A stretch of 64,000 bases of DNA from Nanobdellota archaeon (GCA_018897155.1 JAHILE010000029.1:117-64116); one strand, 5' to 3'. Positions 47,159 to 56,621 are shown, numbered from the stretch's first letter. Made by a program: numbers and translations. The notes: generated by a model not told the origin, from the letters alone.

Positions 47159-47485
47159 ATGTCAGAACAACAACAGACTGATAAAAGTTCTTTAGGACAG
47201 AAAATTGAATGTTGTTTAAAGTATCCATTTACAAAACTAATTAATGCAATTACTCATTTGCTTAAAGAATTTAAAGATGCAGAGAAGCTACCTGCTTTAT
47301 TTGTAATAAGTATTGTCATACTTAGTCTTGCAGTTATGACCTACTTTAAAAACAGTTCGGAATTAGTAACAATAGTTGTATATAGCATTGCTATTGGTTG
47401 TATTGCATTAGTTTGCATCCTTTATTTTTTTACTCGGATTGCTGAATCTAAAAATAAAGCTAACTTGAATAACATATTTTATTAA
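47159..47485 (+). CDS. hypothetical membrane protein (108 aa)
   Basis: Two predicted TM helices (LPALFVISIVILSLAVMTYF; IVVYSIAIGCIALVCILYFF). Confidence 0.5.
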   Translation: MSEQQQTDKSSLGQKIECCLKYPFTKLINAITHLLKEFKDAEKLPALFVISIVILSLAVMTYFKNSSELVTIVVYSIAIGCIALVCILYFFTRIAESKNKANLNNIFY

Positions 47486-47820
47486 AAAAGTGAAGCAAGC
47501 CTAATTATCCCCCGCCACCTATTAATCCCAGCTTCTAGTTTCAGCCCTGCAAGCTCGCAGGGTATCTTACCGGTCGTTGTATGCGCTTCTATGAAGTTGT
47601 GCTGTAATATGATGCCTGCCATGAGTATTGGCGCAGACCATAAGGCTTTGAAACCTCTAAAATCATATACCCTATCCTTTATTTTGCTAAAGACAGTTTC
47701 TATTCTTACGTTGTGTTTTCCAGTCTTGCTGACGTTATTTATTCGGTGTTCTACCCGAAGCCTGTATTTTGAATAAAATACTGGGCTGTTAAGTCTGATG
47801 GTGAGGAACGGTGAAATTCC
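47482..47820 (-). pseudogene. C-terminal remnant of an IS6-family-like DDE transposase
   Basis: Stop-to-stop minus-strand frame encodes ...RLRVEHRINNVSKTGKHNVRIETVFSKIKDRVYDFRGFKALWSAPILMAGIILQHNFIEAH..., matching the C-terminal region of IS6-family transposases; no start codon and no N-terminal DDE region. Confidence 0.55.
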
Positions 47821-47875
47821 TTACCCCTACATTTACTAAAAATAGCAAACATTTATATATTTGTGGGGATAATAT

Positions 47876-48784
47876 ATGCGCATGGCAGCAATAAGGAAAA
47901 AGAAAGTTGGCGCAGAGGAATATTATTATCTAGCGCATAGCTTTCGGGAAGGCGGCAAAATCGTGAAAAAGGAGAAGTATTTAGGAAAAGTCTTGCCAAA
48001 AAACATTGATGAAATCAAGCGCATATTTCTATCAGAAATTTACAAAGAAAAATGGTTCTCACAATTTGATAAAATAAAGCAGAGCTTCTCGAAAGACAGA
48101 AAAGCAACTCCGCCGTCGGCTCTTGAAAAGGAAATAAAGACCTTCGCAATCAGGTTTACCTATGACACAAACAAGATCGAAGGTTCGACTTTGACACTGC
48201 GGGAAACCGCGGACTTGCTTGGCAGAGGCATAACTCCATCTGAAAAACCTCTTCGCGACGTAAAGGAAGCAGAAGCCCATATGAAAGCATTCTACGAAAT
48301 GCGGGAATATAAAAAAGATATTTCTTTGCAGATGGTGCTTTATTTTCACAAAAAGCTATTCGAAGGAACAAAGCCCGACATCGCAGGAAAAATCAGACAG
48401 CATCAAGTGGCTATAGCCGGAAGCAAATTCATGCCGCCGTTTCCTGCGGAAGTGTATCCATTGCTTTCCGATTTTTTCAGGGGGTATAACAAGAATAAAT
48501 CGTCTTTGCATCCTGTAGAACTTGCCGCAGGGGTTCATATAAAGCTTGTGACAATCCATCCCTTTGCCGACGGAAACGGAAGAATAAGCCGTTTGATGAT
48601 GAATTTCGTATTGAACAAAAATGGATTTCCCATGCTGAACATACCATACGAAAAAAGAGGTGGGTATTATACTGCTTTAGAGCGCGCGCAGGTAAAAAAA
48701 GACGAGAGCATTTTTTTGCATTGGTTCTTCAAAAAATATCTTAATGAGTGCAAAAGATATGTGCGAAATAAAGAAATTGCTTAA
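47876..48784 (+). CDS. Fic/Doc-family protein (probable AMPylator)
   Basis: Canonical Fic motif HPFADGNGRISRL in 302-aa protein. Confidence 0.85.
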   Translation: MRMAAIRKKKVGAEEYYYLAHSFREGGKIVKKEKYLGKVLPKNIDEIKRIFLSEIYKEKWFSQFDKIKQSFSKDRKATPPSALEKEIKTFAIRFTYDTNKIEGSTLTLRETADLLGRGITPSEKPLRDVKEAEAHMKAFYEMREYKKDISLQMVLYFHKKLFEGTKPDIAGKIRQHQVAIAGSKFMPPFPAEVYPLLSDFFRGYNKNKSSLHPVELAAGVHIKLVTIHPFADGNGRISRLMMNFVLNKNGFPMLNIPYEKRGGYYTALERAQVKKDESIFLHWFFKKYLNECKRYVRNKEIA

Positions 48785-48786
48785 AA

Positions 48787-50715
48787 CTAACTTATTTTTA
48801 CAATCTCTTTCGCCAATTCCGTAACTTTCCTAAAATCGCGCGCATTGGGCTCGTATTTTGCGAAGTTCACAAGGTCACAGGTTGAGAAGCACTCGCGCAC
48901 GTTCTTTATATAGTCTGCGTCTTCGGAACTGATTGCGCGTAGAATATCAGAACTCGTCATTTCAGTTTTGTCGAATCGGTGCTTGAAGTAGAAGCGAACC
49001 GCGCGCGACACAGTGACATACGCCTCTTTCTGCAAACTATTCGCAAAAAGCTTCTCAGCTTCTTCAATCATCTGGCGCGCCTTTTTTCTGTAGTCCAGCG
49101 GCCTTTTCTTATGCGCTTTGGCAATTACGGGTACGACGGGCGCCATTCGAGTTTTCTTATAATATAAATAAGCGACTGCGGCAGCAATTAAAAGCGCAAT
49201 AAGCCAATACCAAAAATTGTTTTTATTCTCGCCATTTTTTTCAATATTTATTTTAGTCACATTTATAGTGTTTCCAATAATCGTTGCGTTTCCATTTATT
49301 GATGCAGTTGCGTTTGTCGCAGGATTTGCGTAGTTGTATTGGAATGATGCCGCGGTTTTTTGTGTTGCATTTTCGGTTTGATTTGCACTCTGATTTTGCG
49401 TTTGAGCATTTTGATTGTTTGATTGCTGCGCATTGGTGCCTTGGTTTGCGCTTTGCTGCGCGTTTGCACCATGATTCTGGTTTTGTCCGGCGCTTTTTGC
49501 ATCAGGCGTTATTGATTTATTCTGCAACTCGAATCCCTGTTTTTTTAATTCTTCTTCAAGCTTCTGGAACTGCGAGCTGTTTTTAATTCCTTTTGCAGCA
49601 TTTTTTTCATCCTCGCTTGACCATTTCTGCATATTCTGAATTGTGCCGTTTTGCATATTCCCTTTTATCGAAGCGGTTTCTCCGCTCTCTTTTTTATACT
49701 GATAATTAAACGAGCCTTCATTCGGGTTGCTTTCTCCGCTTTGATTCTGCTCAGGAGATGCAATTTTCTCGCTTTGCCGATACCCCTGCTTTTGCAGTTC
49801 TTGATCCTGCTTTTGGAAATCAGGATTTGACTCAATATTTTTCATCATTTCCTGCTTTACAGCTTCTTCTTCTTGCGCCTGCTTCTGCAGTTCCTGCTTT
49901 ATTTGCTCCATGTTCTGGTTTTGCTGTTGCATGCTGTTGACTTTATCCTGCATCTGGTTTTGAGCCTGCTGATTCTGCTGCTGATTTTGATTGTTCTGAT
50001 TTTGGTTCTGTTGATTTTGCGAGCTGCTTGAGCTTGAGTATGACGTTGATTGCATTGAAACGCCGTTGCACTGGTAAACTGTTGTTATTCCTTGTTGTTG
50101 GACGTTTTGTGCAGACGCGGATTTTTTTATTAAAACTTCAATTTCGCCCGAAGTGACATTTTCCTCTTTTCCAGTTTCTGGATTTGTGTAGGTTATTAAT
50201 GCTTGCTCAAGCGTAAAATCGCCACTATCAAATGCCTGTATTGCAGGGTATGAAACATCAACAGTTTTCTGTTCGGGGATTATGTATTCCATGCACTGTA
50301 TGTCAACACCGTTTCCGCCAAGAATATTTTTGTCTTGTATTTTTAGGGGGATTGCCTTTCCGAAAGGATTTTCAAACTTCAGAATTATTTCGACATTGTC
50401 GCCTACGGAAATGTCACTTGTCTTCAGCGCCTTTTGAACTGAAAGCTGCTCTATTGAAAACGCGAAAGGCGCGGCTATAACAAACGCGCAAAAAAATACG
50501 AAGAGACATATTGTTTTTTTTATTTCGAATATTGAAGCTTCACAATGTATTGCAGAGCGGAAATTTCGAAAGCTTGAAAATCTGGACAAGCTCTGACATT
50601 TATGTCGGAGTACGCACAAGATTTTCATGACAATCATCTCAAACACCTCTAATGGATTACTGAGTATTTTCCATAATTCAGGTAAATTCCTCCTATTGCA
50701 AGAATAATGGCACAT
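48787..50715 (-). CDS. BatD-like membrane protein with long Q/N-rich low-complexity region and C-terminal TM anchor
   Basis: Last gene of MoxR-DUF58-vWA operon; N-terminal hydrophobic signal-like helix (ICLFVFFCAFVIAAPFAFS), ~250 aa of Q/N-rich repeats, C-terminal TM (WYWLIALLIAAAVAYLYY) plus cytoplasmic tail; start uncertain (track start 50715 overlaps upstream gene; ATGs at ~50634/50625 plausible). Confidence 0.6.
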   Translation of the reverse strand: MCHYSCNRRNLPELWKILSNPLEVFEMIVMKILCVLRHKCQSLSRFSSFRNFRSAIHCEASIFEIKKTICLFVFFCAFVIAAPFAFSIEQLSVQKALKTSDISVGDNVEIILKFENPFGKAIPLKIQDKNILGGNGVDIQCMEYIIPEQKTVDVSYPAIQAFDSGDFTLEQALITYTNPETGKEENVTSGEIEVLIKKSASAQNVQQQGITTVYQCNGVSMQSTSYSSSSSSQNQQNQNQNNQNQQQNQQAQNQMQDKVNSMQQQNQNMEQIKQELQKQAQEEEAVKQEMMKNIESNPDFQKQDQELQKQGYRQSEKIASPEQNQSGESNPNEGSFNYQYKKESGETASIKGNMQNGTIQNMQKWSSEDEKNAAKGIKNSSQFQKLEEELKKQGFELQNKSITPDAKSAGQNQNHGANAQQSANQGTNAQQSNNQNAQTQNQSANQTENATQKTAASFQYNYANPATNATASINGNATIIGNTINVTKINIEKNGENKNNFWYWLIALLIAAAVAYLYYKKTRMAPVVPVIAKAHKKRPLDYRKKARQMIEEAEKLFANSLQKEAYVTVSRAVRFYFKHRFDKTEMTSSDILRAISSEDADYIKNVRECFSTCDLVNFAKYEPNARDFRKVTELAKEIVKIS

Positions 50716-51605
50716 GCTATAAACCAGTCCTTTATGGACGTATCCTTTTTTTCGCGGTCTATTTTTTCAGATAGTTGCGAGTAAATGTTTTCAAGAGTTT
50801 TTGCGTCAACTGATTTGTGGTATTCGCCGCCAGTGTCACGCGCGATTCCTTTGAGAGCTTCTTCGTCAAGCTGTGCATATTGCGGATTTCCGAACGGGTC
50901 ATATCCCATTATTGCGGGCTGGTTTGAGCCGACGCCTATTGTGTAGACTTGTATCTTGTTGTCTTTTGCGAATTTTGCTGCTTCCTCTGGCGATATAACC
51001 CCTGCATTATTTACTCCGTCGCTAAGAAGTATGACTACTTTTTTCTTGTTAGGTATGCTTGTTGCCATATCCACTGCAAGCGCAAGGCCATCACCGATCG
51101 CAGTCTGGCTCTGAGGAGAAATTGCTGCGAGCTTTTCTTTCGCGCGATCTTTCATAGGTGAGAGGTATGCTGTTGTTGTTGCTCCGGAAGAGAATGTGAC
51201 AATGCCGACATAATCGTTTGTGTTGAGGCTGTCTATCAATATCTGCGCAGATTTTTTTGCGGCTTCAAGGCGTGTCGGTTGGTAATCGTTTGCCTGCATG
51301 CTGCCTGAAACATCGATTGCAAGAACCACATTTACTCCCTTTTTCTCCTGCTTAAGCGGAATATGAGGGTCTGCAAGGGCTAATATAAGCAAAAGTATCA
51401 CCATACTATTTATAATAAATAATATTTTTTCGATATTTTTCGGCTTGTGATTGCTTAATTTCATTGCCTGCCTGACAAGATGCAGGTTGTTGAATTGCAT
51501 TGCGCGCTTTTTCTTTTTCTTAAGCGAGCGGCTGTAGAAGTAATAGATTATCGGAATCGCGGCTAGTAAAATCAAGTATTCCGGATTGAAAAAATTAAAC
51601 GGCAT
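50649..51605 (-). CDS. von Willebrand factor A domain protein, BatA-like (N-terminal two TM helices, C-terminal TM)
   Basis: MIDAS motif DVSGSM, vWA fold, membrane helices at both ends. Confidence 0.8.
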   Translation of the reverse strand: MPFNFFNPEYLILLAAIPIIYYFYSRSLKKKKKRAMQFNNLHLVRQAMKLSNHKPKNIEKILFIINSMVILLLILALADPHIPLKQEKKGVNVVLAIDVSGSMQANDYQPTRLEAAKKSAQILIDSLNTNDYVGIVTFSSGATTTAYLSPMKDRAKEKLAAISPQSQTAIGDGLALAVDMATSIPNKKKVVILLSDGVNNAGVISPEEAAKFAKDNKIQVYTIGVGSNQPAIMGYDPFGNPQYAQLDEEALKGIARDTGGEYHKSVDAKTLENIYSQLSEKIDREKKDTSIKDWFIACAIILAIGGIYLNYGKYSVIH

Positions 51606-51636
51606 AGTATACCCACTTGAAAATGTTTTTATCTTT

Positions 51637-52710
51637 TTATCTTATCCGTCTTCTTTTCTGGCGCATCTTAAAAAAAGACGCAACAGAAAAAAACCATTCT
51701 TTTGATGTCGAAGTTTCGATGAAATCGACTTTGCTTTCAGTCATTATTTTCTTTATTTCGTTTTTTCTTTTTTTTGAAATCTCGCTGAAATTCTTTCTGA
51801 ACAGTTCGTTTGATGTGTCAACAAGTACTTGTTCCCCGGTCTCGCCATCCTCAAGCTCTATAAAACCGACATTAGGAATAAGATATTCTCGTTCATCGGC
51901 CAGATTTATTGCAATGACGTCGTGTTTTTTCCCAAGTATACTCAATTCTTTTCGGAAGTTTGCGGGACTATCGAAAAAGTCAGAGACTATAAAAATTATG
52001 CTTTTCTGCTTCAAAACTTTTGACAAAAAATGCAGCGGCTTTTTTAGGTTTGTTGCCTTGCTTTTCGGCTCAAAAAAAAGTATGTCTGAAAGCAGGCGCA
52101 TTGCGTGTTTTTTTCCTTTTTTTGGCGGCACATATTTTTCAATGAAATCTGTCGCAAGCAACAATCCTGCGCGGTCATTATTCCTTGTTGCTGAAAATAT
52201 GATGCTTGAAGCAATTTCTGCGCCGATTTCTTTTTTCAGCGCGTTTTCAGTTCCGAAATTTCCGCTTCCCGAGATATCAAGTAGGACAATTGCCGCGAGG
52301 TCGCGCTCCTCGATAAATTCCTTGACAAACGGCTTGTTCATCTTTGCCGAGACATTCCAGTTTATTGTCCGTATGTCGTCGCCTGCTTCGTATTCGCGCA
52401 TGTCTGAAAATTCTATTCCACGGCCTTTGAAAACCGAATGATACGCGCCCTGCATAAGGCCGTTCACAAGCCTGCGCGTCTTTATTTCCAAGAGCTTTAT
52501 GCGCTTTATAGCTTTCTGCTTTTCGGCAACGTTTTTTATTTTTTTTGGGATTTCCTGTTTTTTGATGGTTTTATCAGCATCATTGGCTTCTGTTTTTTTG
52601 AACTTTTGAAATATTTTCGAGCCTATTGGATGCGCCATTTTAAAAACGCGCGAAGCATAATGGTGCAGTTTTTTTCCTTTTTGTCCGAGTGTATTCAAAT
52701 AATTTTTCAT
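51637..52710 (-). CDS. DUF58-family protein (vWA-like, MoxR partner)
   Basis: RGIEFSDMREYEAGDDIRTINWNVSAKMNKPFVKEF signature of DUF58. Confidence 0.8.
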   Translation of the reverse strand: MKNYLNTLGQKGKKLHHYASRVFKMAHPIGSKIFQKFKKTEANDADKTIKKQEIPKKIKNVAEKQKAIKRIKLLEIKTRRLVNGLMQGAYHSVFKGRGIEFSDMREYEAGDDIRTINWNVSAKMNKPFVKEFIEERDLAAIVLLDISGSGNFGTENALKKEIGAEIASSIIFSATRNNDRAGLLLATDFIEKYVPPKKGKKHAMRLLSDILFFEPKSKATNLKKPLHFLSKVLKQKSIIFIVSDFFDSPANFRKELSILGKKHDVIAINLADEREYLIPNVGFIELEDGETGEQVLVDTSNELFRKNFSEISKKRKNEIKKIMTESKVDFIETSTSKEWFFSVASFFKMRQKRRRIR

Positions 52711-52749
52711 GAGTATTATGAAGAATTGCCAATTATTCGCGGCACTTAT

Positions 52750-53760
52750 CTATGGAACTCTGACTTCTTTTAATATTCCGTCAATAACGCTGTCTGTTGT
52801 TACATTTTCAGCTTCAGCTTCGTATGTCAATATCAGCCTGTGGCGCAGAACGTCATGAGCAACAGCCTTTATGTCCTCTGGAATCACATAGCCGCGGCCT
52901 GCAAGAAGGGCGTGCGCTTTGCCGCCAAGAACCATCCAGATTGACGCGCGCGGGGATGCGCCGTACTCTACAATTCCGTCATTCCTGTTTCTTGTAGCGT
53001 GCACTATGTCAGTTGCGTAGCACATGATTTTTTCATCGGCGTAGATTTTGCGCACAAAAGACTGTATTTCAAGTATTTTATCGGGCGAGATTATTTTTTT
53101 GACATTCGGGATTTCAGAACCCGTCATTCTTTGCACAATTTGCAGTTCCTCTTCTTTCGAGGGGTATCCGACAAACACTTTGAACATGAACCGGTCTACC
53201 TGCGCTTCAGGAAGGCTGTACGTACCTTCTGTTTCAATAGGATTTTGCGTCGCAAGGACGAGAAATGGCTTCTGAAGCATGAAAGTTTCATCGGATATTG
53301 TAACCTGCTTTTCCTGCATTGCTTCAAGAAGTGCGGATTGGACTTTTGGAGGCGCGCGGTTTATTTCGTCCGCCAGAATGAAATTTGCAAATATCGGGCC
53401 TTTTTTTGTCGAGAAAGAACTGCTTTTATGGTTGTATATTTTTGTACCGAGAATATCTGCCGGAAGAAGGTCGGGCGTGAACTGGATTCTTTTAAATGTC
53501 GTATTGATGGAATCGGAAAGCGTTTTTATCATTATTGTCTTTGCAAGCCCGGGCATGCCTTCAAGAAGTATGTGGCCGTCAGAAACAAGGGAAATAATCA
53601 GGCGCTGAATGACTTTTTCCTGGCCGACAATGACTTTTTTCATTTCATTTGATATCTTGTCAAGTTCTGCGGCATACGCCACCGCCTTTTTGTTCAGCTC
53701 AAGAATTTCTTTGTTCTCTTTAATTTCTTTATCCGGCATATTTCCCTCCCCATTGCGCAA
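52750..53760 (-). CDS. MoxR-family AAA+ ATPase
   Basis: Walker A LLEGMPGLAKT, Walker B ILADEINRA, 336 aa. Confidence 0.9.
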   Translation of the reverse strand: MRNGEGNMPDKEIKENKEILELNKKAVAYAAELDKISNEMKKVIVGQEKVIQRLIISLVSDGHILLEGMPGLAKTIMIKTLSDSINTTFKRIQFTPDLLPADILGTKIYNHKSSSFSTKKGPIFANFILADEINRAPPKVQSALLEAMQEKQVTISDETFMLQKPFLVLATQNPIETEGTYSLPEAQVDRFMFKVFVGYPSKEEELQIVQRMTGSEIPNVKKIISPDKILEIQSFVRKIYADEKIMCYATDIVHATRNRNDGIVEYGASPRASIWMVLGGKAHALLAGRGYVIPEDIKAVAHDVLRHRLILTYEAEAENVTTDSVIDGILKEVRVP

Positions 53761-53834
53761 GGCGCGATAGCTAATAATGGGAGATTAAAAATATAAGCAT
53801 TACACTAATTGAAACAGAGCGAATGCTTTTAGAA

Positions 53835-54038
53835 TTATTTTTTCACAGCGGATTTTTCCTTAATCTTTTCATTTCTATATGTGTCAGTCCACTTTACATG
53901 CCTCGGGTTCCTGATTTCTTTGTTGCTCTGGCACTTAGAATTACAGAAAAAATATGCTGTTCCGTCAATTTTTACGAACATCTTTCCAGTGCCTACAAGT
54001 ATTTCTTTTCCGCAAAATGTGCATTTCATACTATTCAC
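53835..54038 (-). CDS. rpl24e: ribosomal protein L24e
   Basis: MKCTFCGKEILVGTGKMFV...FFCNSKCQSN zinc-ribbon typical of L24e. Confidence 0.85.
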   Translation of the reverse strand: MNSMKCTFCGKEILVGTGKMFVKIDGTAYFFCNSKCQSNKEIRNPRHVKWTDTYRNEKIKEKSAVKK

Positions 54039-54060
54039 CTATTTTATCGCATCGTGTGAA

Positions 54061-54282
54061 TTATGCGTTTTTATTCAAACCTATTATATAATTACGATCT
54101 ATTTCTCTTTTAGGACAAATTGTATCATTACAGATGGGTTTATCATCTGTAGTATTATTCCTTTTTCTTTCAAGACAAAAAATATCGTTACAGGTACTTG
54201 TATCGATATCATTTATTGTTTTCTCCCCATATTGTTGTTCTAAATGTCTATATTGGGATATGTCCATTATGATATTACTCAA
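54061..54282 (-). CDS. hypothetical Cys-containing small protein (73 aa), uncertain
   Basis: AT-rich ORF between rpl24e and rps28e, overlaps rps28e stop by 8 nt; may be spurious. Confidence 0.3.
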   Translation of the reverse strand: MSNIIMDISQYRHLEQQYGEKTINDIDTSTCNDIFCLERKRNNTTDDKPICNDTICPKREIDRNYIIGLNKNA

Positions 54283-54469
54283 TCAACGTTGCAGTCTCCA
54301 TTTCTGCTTCAGGCACCATTAATATGTCGCCTATGCGGACCGGACCAAGAACATTTCTAACAAGGACTTTGTCGCGCCCTGAATCCGAGGTGACTTTGCA
54401 CCTGACGCGCGATATTCCTTTTACGCCTGCTCGACCCATAATTAAAATAACTTTTGTTGGTACTGCCAT
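54275..54469 (-). CDS. rps28e: ribosomal protein S28e
   Basis: AEVI..MGRTGMTG-like pattern (VILIMGRAGVKGISRVRCKV...GPVRIGDILMVPE). Confidence 0.85.
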   Translation of the reverse strand: MAVPTKVILIMGRAGVKGISRVRCKVTSDSGRDKVLVRNVLGPVRIGDILMVPEAEMETATLIE

Positions 54470-54490
54470 AAAAAATCACGGATATTGGTT

Positions 54491-54874
54491 CTACTTTCTT
54501 TGAAGTTCCTTTATTCTCTCGATAACTTCATCAACATTCTTTTTTCCTCTGCCTTCTTCGACAACTGCAACAGAAGCTGTTGAAACTTCGAGGCCCACCG
54601 CTTTTCCAAGCTCTTCTTTGCTTTCAACAAAGATATATGGAGCTTTTTTCTCTTTGCAGAGTGCTGGAATATGCATTACTATTTCTTCCGGCTGGACATC
54701 CATAGCAACAACAACAAGCTTTGCGATTCCTCGCTCTATTGCTTTTGTTGTTTCATTCACGCCTTTGCGTATGTTGCCTGATTCCTTAACTGCTTCAAGA
54801 GCGTCAAGAACTTTTTCAGAATCTTCCTTTGAAACTTCGTATTCTACAAAAATTTTTCCTGCCATAAAAAACAC
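54491..54874 (-). CDS. rpl7ae: ribosomal protein L7Ae (K-turn binding)
   Basis: KLVVVAMDVQPEEIVMHIPALCKEKKAPYIFVESKEELGKAVG highly characteristic. Confidence 0.9.
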   Translation of the reverse strand: MFFMAGKIFVEYEVSKEDSEKVLDALEAVKESGNIRKGVNETTKAIERGIAKLVVVAMDVQPEEIVMHIPALCKEKKAPYIFVESKEELGKAVGLEVSTASVAVVEEGRGKKNVDEVIERIKELQRK

Positions 54875-54941
54875 CTTTTAGCCCAAGAGGGCATCATCAA
54901 GTTCTATTATCCTTTTTTTCAAAGATTTAAATAACTTCGAT

Positions 54942-55250
54942 TTATCCATTCTTTTTGACAAATCTCTTCTTTGTCACTTTGAATCCGGTTTCATCGCGCT
55001 TCTGTACAATTCCTCGGTGCCTTGCGCATGAAGGGCATACATAAATTTTATGTGATCCTAAGCTGACGTTTCTCGGGTCTATTTCACGCCGAAGCAACGG
55101 GTCGTTTAGCCGAAATCCGCGGTATGTGGTGAATGTCTTGTGGCGCGGAACAATTCTTCCGCAAAATCCACAGAGCGTTGTTCCCTGATGGCCTCTGCCG
55201 CCCGTGTGTTTGTATCCGCGTTTGTATGTAACGATTTCTGGCATTTTCAA
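54942..55250 (-). CDS. rps26e: ribosomal protein S26e
   Basis: GGRGHQG...LCGFCGRIVPRHKTF ... YVCPSCARHRGIVQKR mirrors the S26e pattern GRGHV..C.NC.RCVPKDKAI...YCVSCAIH.KVV.NR. Confidence 0.7.
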   Translation of the reverse strand: MKMPEIVTYKRGYKHTGGRGHQGTTLCGFCGRIVPRHKTFTTYRGFRLNDPLLRREIDPRNVSLGSHKIYVCPSCARHRGIVQKRDETGFKVTKKRFVKKNG

Positions 55251-55475
55251 TCATCTCAACATGCATTGGATTGAAATCCTTTCGCAAGCTTTGCTTGCTC
55301 TAGGCTTTTTCAATATCCTCGAAAAAAGCTTGAAAGCGCTATCAAGCTTTCAAGATTTTTAGCCATTTTGAACTATTCACAAAGTTCATTGGGTTCGAAA
55401 GCATGAAAATTCACAAGAATCTTCAAGATTTATCAATTTATTTGGGCTAAAATCAACTTCCTGATAATGAATAAT

Positions 55476-55799
55476 TTACTGGCCGGTTGCCTGCGCAATC
55501 TCGAATTTTTTCATTCGTATTGCATTCATTGACTGAGTCTTTTTTCCGCAGGTTTTACATCCGTATCGTATCATGACTTTTTGCGATGTTTTTGCTCCTG
55601 CACGCCTGTTGTTTTCAAGTTTCGGATAAGGCGAGCCTCCGTAGCCATAGTCCAGCTTGACTGTTTTTCTTCGGCCTTTTTTCAATGAAGAGCCTGAGCG
55701 CCTTCCTGATGTTTTCACGCGCTCAAGCTTCTGATCAGTATGCTTATTACACTTTGGACAATAACGTTTTGCTTCTCTTGGGTACTTCATAAGGGGCAC
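55476..55799 (-). CDS. rpl44e: ribosomal protein L44e
   Basis: YCPKCNKHTDQKLERVKTSGRRSG...GCKTCGKK zinc ribbon typical of L44e. Confidence 0.85.
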   Translation of the reverse strand: MPLMKYPREAKRYCPKCNKHTDQKLERVKTSGRRSGSSLKKGRRKTVKLDYGYGGSPYPKLENNRRAGAKTSQKVMIRYGCKTCGKKTQSMNAIRMKKFEIAQATGQ

Positions 55800-55867
55800 C
55801 TTTTTTCTTCAAATGCACTAATAATCTGCAACTTAACTTTATAAACCTTCAGCCTTACGCACACCAT

Positions 55868-56461
55868 TCATTCGGTTTTTTCAGCCATTTTTGCAGTTAT
55901 CAGCAATTCTGCGGCTTTTTTTGGAAATTCTGCTGTTTGTCCTGCGTTCAAAGGACCATAAGAATTCATATCTTGCGCAACAAACGTAGGTATGTCACAA
56001 AGCGCCTTTATTTTCAGGATTTCTTTTATTGCTTTTACACCAATTGGTGCGTTTTTTTCAGCGGCTTTTTCCATTATTGCGACAGTCTCTGATTTATTGG
56101 GCGCAGAAATATTTTGCGCTGCAACAAAATCAATGTATTTTCCGGAAAGCACATCATTTATTATCACGCGGTTTATTTTCAATAGTTCTACTATCTTTGA
56201 AAAAAGCGTTTCTTCCTCTGAAAGCAAATTTTCCGGCTTTATATCGGCGCGCGCGGATTGCAGCGCAGCGGTCACTATTTTTCGCTCACGCGTGTCAAGT
56301 ATGCTTTTGACAAGTGGCCGTATGCTTTCGGCCTCTGTTGAATCGCTGTCAAGGCATTTTGAGCATGCGGCATAGAAACTGGATTCGATTTTCTGGAGCG
56401 TCGAGGCATCTCTTTCGCTTTTCTGAAGCTCTCTGAGATATTTGAATGTAAGGACAGTCAT
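55868..56461 (-). CDS. probable GINS subunit (Gins51/Gins15-like)
   Basis: N-terminal A-domain pattern LTFKYLRELQKSERDASTLQKIESSFY and length ~197 aa; assignment by pattern only. Confidence 0.45.
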   Translation of the reverse strand: MTVLTFKYLRELQKSERDASTLQKIESSFYAACSKCLDSDSTEAESIRPLVKSILDTRERKIVTAALQSARADIKPENLLSEEETLFSKIVELLKINRVIINDVLSGKYIDFVAAQNISAPNKSETVAIMEKAAEKNAPIGVKAIKEILKIKALCDIPTFVAQDMNSYGPLNAGQTAEFPKKAAELLITAKMAEKTE

Positions 56462-56537
56462 ATGTTTTTCTTTGCATTCAAATCTTAAAAATCAATCGGG
56501 AGCTTTTTAGTTTTTCTTGATATGTGTATTTAAATTA

Positions 56538-56621
56538 TGCAGGGGAAGGGATTTGAACCCTCGAACTCACTAAGAGACTGGGTCCTAAGCCCAGCACCGT
56601 TGGCCGCTTGGTTACCCCTGC
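56538..56621 (-). tRNA. tRNA-Leu(UAG), class II with long variable arm
   Basis: Acceptor GCAGGGG/CCCCTGC, anticodon arm CTGGG-CTTAGGA-CCCAG, variable hairpin CTC-TTAGT-GAG, T-arm GAGGG-TTCAAAT-CCCTT, discriminator A. Confidence 0.85.

Noticed and set aside
51617-52441. 274-aa plus-strand ORF opposite the DUF58 gene
   Set aside because: Antisense shadow ORF. The DUF58 signature is on the minus strand.
52999-53652. 217-aa plus-strand ORF opposite the MoxR gene
   Set aside because: Antisense to a well-supported AAA+ gene.
54942-55250. Assignment as ribosomal protein S27e (expected partner of L44e in archaea)
   Set aside because: The zinc-finger spacing and N-terminal GRGH motif fit S26e rather than S27e, so it is called S26e.
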